NCBI RefSeq assembly: GCF_004010195.1
Contig: NC_057751.1
Location: 810,462 to 858,563, forward strand
Direction: 5' to 3'
From: Chiloscyllium plagiosum
Taxonomy: Eukaryota
Length of the DNA stretch: 48,102 bases
Notes under the pieces: generated by a model
What the model saw: the letters and a program-made list of their open reading frames with translations, nothing else
Database searches by the model: none
What the model was told of the DNA's origin: nothing
In this document: positions 38,091 through 46,699 of the stretch, piece by piece
How the letters are laid out: every line of letters begins with the position of its first letter
How positions within the stretch are numbered: position 1 is the first letter of the stretch
Position numbers and translations under genes: made by a program

Positions 38091-38914
38091 ATATGCTTTA
38101 TTTTTCTTTAAATTCTGATTATGAGCAAATGAGAAAGATCACTTACAAATTACTTGATTTCAAGTCCGGCCCAAGTCACTGATGTGAATGTCCCATTCTG
38201 TCAAAATCTTTTCTGCTCAATTATGTCTGATCTATATAAAAAAGATTAAATTCAAAGGAATTGATTGCTTGCTATCTCAATACACAAATTGAACTGAGAC
38301 AAGTAGTGACTAAAATTCACTAATTGATGATGGCTGTGGTGCTCTGAGTTTCTCGCTGATTGGATTTGTTTCCTCTGATTTCAAATGGAGAAGTCAGGAG
38401 GAGGAGGCAACATTTAATTAGACCAGCAGGTCTGATTTATGAAGGAGCCTTGTCATATCAAAAGGTCATAAGTATAGTTGAGTGAGCAAAACATCCATCA
38501 AAACGTGATGTGGGCACATTTATGGAATGCACCAAAAGGGGCGTGGTGTTCTGCTTACCCTTTTCTGTTTGACCACGCTGCCCACATCAATTCAAGTTGT
38601 CTTATTTAGGAAAGTCTTGCATACGGTTGATCAAGGAGAAGGTTGGGTTCTCCTCATGGTTTCAGTCAGCCTCATTAGTGTCAGGTCATTCGTGTCCACT
38701 CAGTTGTTGCCAATACCCATTGTTGTGGTGAGGAGGGACCAGGTTGGATCACTCATGGTCCGTGAAGGGAAGGTGATGTTCTCAGAGACAGGAGCATCAT
38801 CAGGGGGAAGATGGCAGCTCACCATCTGCACACACCACCTTCACCTCCTGCTTTCTCCAAACCCACCCCCGCACCAAGTGAGAACTGTGCCGTTTTGTTC
38901 TGTGTTTTATTCTG

Positions 38915-39050
38915 CTGCCGCCGTGTCCTCACCGGGCCAGGCCGGGCTGGGCCGTGACTGTGGAGCCGGGGCCGAGGACCGCCACCAGCCTGAGCTCACA
39001 GGCCCGTCACCCATAGCAACCGGCTCAAGGCGGGAAAACGGCCTCGAGAG
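38915..39050 (-). promoter_or_regulatory. CpG-rich promoter / first-exon candidate with RFX X-box and E2F site
   Basis: Non-repeat GC/CpG-rich patch; GTCACCCATAGCAAC at 39006-39020 fits GTNRCC-N3-RGYAAC; GGCGGGAAAA at 39029-39038 fits E2F; minus-strand donor CCG|GTGAGG at 38933/38932. Confidence 0.65.
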
Positions 39051-39195
39051 GGAGAGAGGGAGGAACTGAGGGAGAGAGAGCGAGGGGCAAGGGAGAGATG
39101 GAGAGAGGAAGGGAGAGAGAAAGAGAGAGAGAGAGAGAGACTGAGGGAGGGAGGTGGAAGGAATAGTGAAGGAAAGAGAAGGGGGGGGGGGGGGG
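39046..39195. repeat. GA-rich purine tract, (GA)n and G15 run
   Basis: Directly visible low-complexity sequence. Confidence 0.95.
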
Positions 39196-39934
39196 TGAGG
39201 TGGGGCTGGTATTTGCCAGGAATTCTAAGCTCATCGCATGTAGTTCCATCCTAGAGCAAAATGTAAACAAAAGGAAAGCCCCTCAGTGCAGTGCTAAGTC
39301 AAGGCTTTTTCCTCAGTGAACCCCCTTCCCCACTCTCACACCCACCCACATACACAAAGGTTGTGCTGGGGACCACAATGCTTCAATCCAATGCTTCTCT
39401 GTGCAGAGCTGAGGAATCCCCAGCTGGAAGAATTTCAATGGCCTCGATAGAGCTGTCAAGGTAAGGTTCCTGCATGAGACCTTCAAATCTGGACTTATCC
39501 CCGACCCACGTCCGGTTCCTACCTCAGACCTTTGCTGCCAATTCACTCTGCTTCCTTTTCCTAATCCAGTCGTAATCAGGCTAGCATTGCTGGTGCTAAT
39601 CGTGAGGGAGGGCTGCACTGTCTGCAGGGCAACCTTCTCGATGAGACATTACACTGAGGCCATCCTCATCTGAATAAGATCTGTAATCATCACTGGAATA
39701 GGTTCAGAGGAATTTTGCCACTTCACCAATTGACTCTCGATCAGTGTCACAAATGCAGGATATTTGGACTGCACTTCGTAAAGTATCTGGTTGTGAAGTG
39801 CTTCGGGACTTTCAGAGTTTACAAAAAGAAAATGTAAATCTACCATCTTCTTAGCAAATTGCAATTTTTGTTACTTTAGAACAGAACATGCTGGAAATAT
39901 TCAGTCAGTCTGATACCAGGGGTTTGTATGAGAA

Positions 39935-40077
39935 CCCCTCTTTCCTCATTCCTGAAGAAGGGCTTATGCCCGAAACGTCGATTCTCCTGTTCCTTGGATG
40001 CTGCCTGACCTGCTGCGCTTTTCCAGCAACACATTTTCAGCTCTGATCTCCAGCATCTGCAGCCCTCATTTTCTCCT
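39935..40077 (+). mobile_element. PLE terminal-repeat mini-element (143 bp) with a 13-bp TSD
   Basis: gtttgtatgagaa (39922-39934) / gttcgtatgagaa (40078-40090); body matches 23470-23600 and 42061-42178. Confidence 0.9.
39948..39983 (+). ncRNA. Minimal hammerhead ribozyme motif, intact core
   Basis: AUUC-CUGAAGA-A-GGGCuuauGCCC-GAA-ACGU-C-GAUU; predicted cut after C39979. Confidence 0.85.
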
Positions 40078-40346
40078 GTTCGTATGAGAAGTCACAGACC
40101 AAGAATGTAAACTCCCTCCTTTGGACCACAAGCATTTTCAGGGTTTCTTTCAGAGGTCCAGAAGCCACAACCTCTCCCCTTCCTATCTCTGTCATCTCCT
40201 CTACCAACAAGTTTGTGAGATATCTGCATTTCTCTGCTTTTGATGTCCTGCATCTTCGACATTAATCACTGTATCAGCAGCAGCCATGTCTTCATTCGTT
40301 ACTCACAGAGAAGCAATGGACTAGTGATACTATTAGAACACAGAAC

Positions 40347-40565
40347 TGTAATAGAAAAAACCATTAACGCAGATCAAAATGTGGAGACTGTTTCACGTGC
40401 AAGAGGAGGTCACGTGGAGACTGTTTCGCGGGCAGAAGGAGGTCACATGGGGTTAGACATCCGGGAACGCGAGAAGGCAGAGAATGGAGTCAGATCAACA
40501 GCCAATCAGAAGACAATCCCACCTCAGTGATTGCATGACGTTCTGTACTACATAAAAGACTGGAG
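40347..40565 (+). mobile_element. LTR U3-like segment truncated by the PLE insertion
   Basis: Starts TGTAA; 2 x 33-bp direct repeat (40381-40446), CCAAT, TGACGT and TATA-like tacataaaa in promoter order. Confidence 0.45.
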
Positions 40566-42178
40566 TCACAGAGGGAACGGTCTTGGCAGAAAGTGGATAG
40601 GGGTGGGGAGGTGCGGTCCATTTGGAGGTGACGGAAATGTCGGCGGATGAAGTGATTTATGCAGAGGTTGGTGGGGTGGAAGGTGAGGACAGGGGGGTTC
40701 TGTCCTTGGTGCGGTTGGAGGGGTGGGGTTCGAGGGCGAAGGTGCGGGACGTGGATGAGATGTGTTGGAGGGCATCAGCTGCATGGGAGGGGATGTTGCG
40801 GTAGGTGTAATCCAGGTAGATGTAGGAGTCGTTGGATTTGTAAAAAATGTCAGTGTTGATGGAGATGGAGGGAGGTGTCAGAGATGGTCCAGGTGAATTT
40901 AAGGTCGGGGTGGAATGTGTTAGTGAAGTTGATGCTCCCACGAGGATGTTGAACACTTCATCAACTTCACCAACACATTCCACCTTAAGTCCACATGGAC
41001 CTGGATTACACATCCTCCCACCCTACCTCCTGCAAAAATGCTAACCCACTGTATTCCCAATTCCTCCACCTCCACCACATCTGTTCCCAGGAGGACCAGT
41101 TCTACCACAGAACATACCAGATGGCCTCCTCTTTGAAGACCACAACTTCCCCTCCCATGCAGTTGATGATGCCCTTCAACGTATTGCATCCACGTCCCGC
41201 ACATCTGCCCTCGAACTCCCCCTCCAACTGCACCAAGGACAGAACCCCCACCCCCCTGTCCTCCCCTTCCACTCCACCAACCTCCGCACAAATCGCTTCA
41301 TCCACTGACATTTCTGCCACCTCCAAATGGACCGCCCTACCAGGGATAGATTTCCCTCCCCACCCCATCCGCTTTCCACAAAGACTGTTCCCTCTGCGAC
41401 TACCTGGTCAAGTCCACACCCCCCAATAACCCACCTTCCCCTTCCGTCACCTTCCCCTGCCACCGCAGGAATTGCAAAACCTGGGCCCACACCTCCTCCC
41501 TCACCTCCGTCCAAGGCCCCAAAGGAGCCTTCCACATCCAAAACTTCACCTGCACATCAACAAATGTCATTTATTGAATCCGCTGCTCCTGATGTGGACT
41601 CCTCGACATTGGGGACACTGGATGCCTTCTTGCAGAGCGCTTCAGAGAACGTCTCCAGGACACCCGCACCAATCAACCCCACCACTCCTTGGACGAATAT
41701 TTCAACTCCCCCTCCCACTCTGCAGAGAACATGCATGTCCTGGGCCTCCGCTACTGCCGCTCCCTCACCACCTGACGCCTGGAGGAAGAACGCCTCATCT
41801 TCTCCCTCAGAACCCTTCAACCCCAGGGCATCAATGTGGACTTCACCAGTTTCCTCATTTCTTGTCCCACCTGACCCCAGTTCCAAACTCCCAGCTCTGT
41901 ACCGTCATCATGACCTGTAACCACCTGTCAATCTTCCTTCCCACCTATCTGCTCCACCTTCCTTTCTGAACTATCACCTTTACCCTGCCTCCATCCACCT
42001 ATTACCTTCCCTCTAGCTCCACCCCCCTCCCATTTATCTCTCCACCTCAGAGGCTCCCAGCCTCATTCCTGATGAAGGGCTTTTGCCCGAAACGTCAATT
42101 TTCCTGCTCCTCGGATTCTGCCTGACCAGCTATGCTTTTCCAGCACCACTCTGATCTTGACTCTAATCTCCAATCTGC
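40566..42178 (+). mobile_element. Penelope-like element (Neptune-type), 5'-inverted and truncated: RT C-terminus, GIY-YIG, 3' terminal repeat
   Basis: LDYTSSHPTSCKNA..YSQFLHLHHICSQEDQF; NFTCTSTNVIY*IRCS*CGLLDIGDTGCLLAERFRERL. 40566-40930 is an inverted partial copy of the same region. Confidence 0.93.
42065..42100 (+). ncRNA. Minimal hammerhead ribozyme motif in the PLE 3' terminal repeat
   Basis: AUUC-CUGAUGA-A-GGGCuuuuGCCC-GAA-ACGU-C-AAUU; first stem I pair lost by a CpG-type G>A change. Confidence 0.8.
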
Positions 42179-42234
42179 CAAGTTGGACTGAAGCATCTAT
42201 TTGTCTGCTGTATAACTCTGTGACTCTCAGGACC

Positions 42235-42465
42235 CCTGTCATCAATGATGGAACAACCAAGGAAGCTAGTTCAAAAGATACGGTTGAAGCATTTGTAAAA
42301 GTCTTCAGCCAGAAGTGTCGAGTGGATGATCTATCTCAGTTTCTTTCAGTGGTCCGCAGTATCTCAGATGCCAGTCTTCAGCCAATGCGATTCCAGTTGG
42401 AGACAATGGGCTGTGACAACGTTCCTGGAACAGGACTGAAGACTTGTGATTTGGAGCCCAGTCAG
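42235..42465 (+). mobile_element. L2/Crack-like LINE ORF2 fragment
   Basis: SSKDTVEAFVKVFSQKCRVDD...TMGCDNVPGTGLKTC (KA.GPD.IP..VLK.C-like). Confidence 0.7.
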
Positions 42466-43455
42466 ACCTAAGTGTGACTCTTGTCCCACAATAATCTGGT
42501 TGACACTTAAAATCACTGAGTAATGAGGGATGGGCAATAAATGCTGATCCAGCCAGCAATACCTATATCCTGTGAATGATTTTTTCAAAAATATCGAACA
42601 GCCTTAATCGTAACGAGATGTGGGATGATCAGGTTTTATTTTAACCTGCCACTTTTAACATGTAAGGCCTGGAGTACAGTTTGGGAAGGGCAATCTGTTT
42701 TTAAAAATCCTGTCAATGTTTGACCAGTTCCAGCGCCACGCATTTCCTGCTGGGCCTGTTTGAGTGAGCCACATTTCACTGTTGGGCCTGTTACAGCTCC
42801 TCAGTCTGAGAGAGGTTCAACCTTGCACAGTCTTGGTTTGTAGCAGTGCAGCAGCACCTGATAAGCTTGGATAATTGTTTCCTTTTTGACAGGGTGAAAT
42901 GAAGAGATGGCTAACTGAGGTGATGTTACCATTAATCACAGGATCGGACAGGCAGAGGAGACAAGATAGCGACTTTATTAAGGATTATGTATCATGTCAT
43001 TAGGTTGCAAAAGGGTCACCTTCAGTGACACCTGCCCCATGATGCATTGCCACCTTCCTTCCAACAAAATTAACTCGGGAAGCATAACTGATTCAGTCTC
43101 TGTTTCATTCAGCCCTGAGCTGCAGTGACTGCAGGGAAAACTGATATGGCAGTAATTCCTGTCTTTTAGTCATTTGATTGTCCTCTTACTCTTACTACAG
43201 CTGAATTACATATATATATACATACATTGAAAGATATGCTTTTTCTGTTCTTTCAAAAACCCTCTGGTGATTGGACTGGAGGGCTTGTCTTACAAAGAGA
43301 GGTTGATTAAGCTTGGACTTTCCTCTCTGGAGAGAAGGAGGAAGAGAGATGACCTAATCGAGGTGTACAAGGTCATGAGAGGCATGGATAGAGTCAAGAG
43401 CCAGAGACTTTTCCCCAGAGCAGGATTGACTGCAACGAGGGGTTATAGTTTTAAA

Positions 43456-43659
43456 GTGGTAAAAACAATGACTGCAGATGCTGGAAACCAGATTCTGGAT
43501 CAGTGGTGCTGGAAGAGCACAGCAATTCAGGCAGCATCCGAGGAGCAGCAAAATCGACGTTCAGGTTCCTGATGAAGGGCTTTTGCCCGAAACGTCGATT
43601 TTGCTGCTCGTCAGATGCTGCCTGAATTGCTGTGCTCTTCCAGCACCACTGATCCAGAA
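43456..43659. mobile_element. Foldback PLE mini-element (204 bp) with a perfect 12-bp TSD
   Basis: tatagttttaaa at 43444-43455 and 43660-43671; 70-nt inverted arms at 43492-43561 and 43591-43660. Confidence 0.93.
43566..43600 (+). ncRNA. Minimal hammerhead ribozyme motif, intact core
   Basis: UUC-CUGAUGA-A-GGGCuuuuGCCC-GAA-ACGU-C-GAUU; predicted cut after C43596. Confidence 0.85.
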
Positions 43660-44224
43660 TATAGTTTTAAATTGTCAGGAGGAAGATATAGAGGAGACGT
43701 CAGAGGTAGGTTCTTTATGCAGAGAATTGTGAACGCATGAAAAGCGTTGCCAGTGGTGATGTTGGAAGCAGAGTCATTGGGGACATTTAAGCGACTGCTG
43801 GACATGCACATGGAGAAGGTGATTAGGTTATTTTATTTTAGATTAGGATTAATCCTCAGCACAACATTGTGGGCCGAAGGGTCTGTTCCGTGTTGTACTT
43901 TTCTATGTTCGCTGTTCTAAACCAAAACAAGGGGTAAAAGCTTGGAGTGAGGCTGTACAGGAGGTGGAGTGAAACCAGGAATCACCACTTCACACAAAGA
44001 GGAGTGGAAATCGGAAACTCGGCCTCTCGAAATACTGTTCTGGTTGAAAGCCTCATTCCAACATTGAAATCAGAGATGTGTTGATTTTTATTGTGTAAGT
44101 ACAATAATACTTACAGAACTAATGTAGAGTTAAGTTACAGATCAGCCTCAGTTGAACGGTGTAACAAGCTAGAGTGGATGAACACCCTCCACAAGTTCCT
44201 GTGAAACAGACTCAAGACCAGAAG

Positions 44225-45015
44225 ACCATAAGTAATAGCAGTGGAAGTAATGTCATTCAGCCCATTGCTTCCACTTCGCCATTCAATCATGGTTGATGGG
44301 CATTTCAGCAGCACTTACCCGCACTCTCCCCATATCCCGTAATTCCTTGCGAGATTAAGAATTTATCAATCTCTGCCTTGAAGACATTTAATGCCCTTGG
44401 CCTCCACTACGATTAGTGGCAGTGATTTCCACAGGCCCACCACTCTCTGGCTGAAGAAATGTCTCCTCATTTCCGTTCTATATTGACCCCCTCTAATTCT
44501 AATTCTAATTTGTATATTAAGCCTACCATTCCAGGGATCATCAGTGTGAATCTCCGCTGGACACGCTCCAGTACCAGTATGTCCTTCCTGAGGTGTGGGG
44601 CCCAAAACTGGACACGGTATTCTAAATGGAGAGATTAGATTAGATTACTTACAGTGTGGAAACAGGCCCTTCGGCCCAACAAGTCCACACCGACGCGCAA
44701 CACCCCAGACCCATTCCCCTACATTTACCCCTTCACCTAACACTACGGACAATTTAGCATGGCCAATTCACCTGACCTGCACATTGTTGGACTGTGGGAG
44801 GAAACCGGAGCACCCGGAGGAAACCCACGCAGACACGGGGAGAATGTGTAAACTCCACACAGTCAGTCGCTTGAGGCGGGAATTGAACCCAGGTCTCTGG
44901 TGCTGTGAGGCAGCAGTGCTAACCACTGTGCCACCGTGCCACCAACAAAACTGAACCAAAGTTTTATAAAGTCTCAATAGCACATCACTGCTTTTACATT
45001 CCAGCCCTCTTGAAA
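44225..45015 (-). mobile_element. CR1 LINE 3' part interrupted by an HE1 SINE
   Basis: RHFFSQRVVGLWKSLP on the minus strand; LLRLYKTLVQ on the other side of the SINE. Confidence 0.85.
44632..44943 (-). mobile_element. HE1-type V-SINE, young
   Basis: Matches 37653-37968 over nearly its whole length. Confidence 0.93.
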
Positions 45016-45147
45016 GACATTGAATGGCCTCCTCCTGTTTCTAAGTAAAAGGCTCATGGGACTGATTTGCCTCTTCCTTACCTGATGATTTTCCTTGCTG
45101 TATGACTTTCAAGAGGCTGAATGAGTTTCGTTTTGGACCTGCATCAG

Positions 45148-45512
45148 AGGCTGGGGGGGTGACCTTTTAGAGGTTTAAAAAATCATGAGAGGCATGGATA
45201 GGGTGAATAGACAAGGTCTTTTCCCTGGGGTAGGGACGTCCAAAACTAGAGGGTATAGGTTAAAAGTGAGAGGGGGGTAACTTTTTCACGCAGAGGGTGG
45301 TGCATGTATGGAGTGAGCTGCCACAGGAAGTGGTGAAGGCTGGTATAATTACAGCATCTAAAAGGCTTCTGGATGGGTACATGAATAGGAAGGGTTTAGA
45401 GGCATATAGGGCAAACGCTGGCAAATGGGACTAGATTTATTTGCGATATCTCGTCGGTATGGACGAGTTGGACCGAAGGGCCAGTTTCCATGCTGTCCAT
45501 CTCTATGACTCT
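45148..45512 (+). mobile_element. CR1 LINE 3' end
   Basis: NFFTQRVVHVWSELPQEVVKAG; ctctatgactct tail. Confidence 0.9.
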
Positions 45513-45687
45513 TCCAGGACGGAACAATTACTTAAAGTAAAAACTTTTAAGTCCTTAAAAGAATGAATATGTTTGAACTTCGATGTAACAATTTTGTGAG
45601 AGTACCTTCACTGAATGGACTACAAAGGTTTAAGATGGGGGACAACACAAATTTCTCGGTGGACAACGAGGGAGGACTTTTTTGGCC

Positions 45688-45811
45688 TTGATGTGCAGGT
45701 GCCAGTGTTGGACTGGGATGGACAAAGTTAAAAATCACACTACACCAGGGTATAGTCCAACAGGTTTATGTCCAAGTACAAGCTTTCGGAGTCCTGCTCC
45801 TTCATCAGGTA
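45688..45811 (-). mobile_element. PLE terminal-repeat mini-element (AGCU family) with hammerhead at 45777-45811
   Basis: Minus strand UAC-CUGAUGA-A-GGAGCaggACUCC-GAA-AGCU-U-GUA; body matches the arms at 12668 and 18743. Confidence 0.85.
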
Positions 45812-45894
45812 TGCTTAAAATTGCATTTTAGGATTCTGGTAATTAATTAGGAGCAGAATAATGGGATTTCAAGAGTTGGTCATCGCTCTTTATT

Positions 45895-46339
45895 CATAGA
45901 ATTACAGAGTCCCTACAGTGTGGAAACAGGCCATTTGACCCATCAAGTCCACACTGACCCTCCAAAGAGCATCCCAGCCAGACGCACCCACTCTACCCTA
46001 TCCCTGTAACCATACATTTCCAATCCACATCCCCGAAGACCAGGGCTGAAAAATGTGTTGCTGGAAAAGCACAGCTAGTCAGGCAGCATCCAAGGAGCAG
46101 GAGAATCAACATTTCGGGCATAAGCCCTTCTTCAGGAATGAAGACTGTGTCTTCATCCCTGAAGACTGTAGACAATTTTGCACAGCCAATCCACCCTAAG
46201 CCCTTGGACAGTGGGGGGGAAGCCCTTGCAGACACAGGGAGAATATGCAAATTCCACACTGTCACCCAAGGCTGGAATTGAACCCAGGTTCCTGGCAATG
46301 TGAGGCCGCAATGCTAACCAATGAGACACCGTGCCACCC
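45895..46339 (-). mobile_element. HE1-type V-SINE interrupted by a PLE mini-element
   Basis: HE1 head at 46339, B box gggttcaattcc, tail near 45900. Confidence 0.85.
46041..46153 (-). mobile_element. PLE mini-element with hammerhead remnant and a 13-bp TSD
   Basis: catccccgaagac (46028-46040) / catccctgaagac (46154-46166); minus strand AUUC-CUGAAGA-A-GGGCuuauGCCC-GAA-AUGU-U-GAUU. Confidence 0.85.
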
Positions 46340-46699
46340 TGAGACTTTGGCTCCATATTAAAATTACTACATCCATAAATCAGATCTCCTTAACATGTAA
46401 ACACGTCTCCAAATGTGTTCAAGGTTTGTGAAACGATAATGAGTTTTAACTACTGGAATACAATATTTAACATTCTATCAAGCATCTTTTTGTCCAAAGC
46501 ATCTTTCAGGGCAGTTCTCCTGTGATTATTACATGGAAACGGCAAGACTAGATCTCTGAATTGAGCTTTGCTGACTTCAGACCAAGGCTAAAGGATCCAG
46601 GGATGATTTTATCCCAAAGTGTTTCGTCACCAACTCATTGTGATCAGCTCTTTATGCTTTGACCAAACACAATATCATGTAAGTGAGACAGCAAGAGAT

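Larger units (their letters stand above)
43265..43920 (+). mobile_element. CR1 LINE 3' end interrupted by a foldback PLE mini-element
   Basis: GLSYKERLIKLGLSSLERRRKRDDLIEVYK; same subfamily as 4398-5908; ttctatgttc tail. Confidence 0.92.

Noticed and set aside
38527..39069. 180-aa plus-strand ORF
   Set aside because: No recognisable domain; it runs through the GC-rich promoter-like patch and a low-complexity tract, where stop codons are scarce.
41327..41969. Pro/Ser/Thr-rich ORFs of 197 and 165 aa
   Set aside because: Alternative frames of the C-rich Penelope remnant; the true frame has stops.
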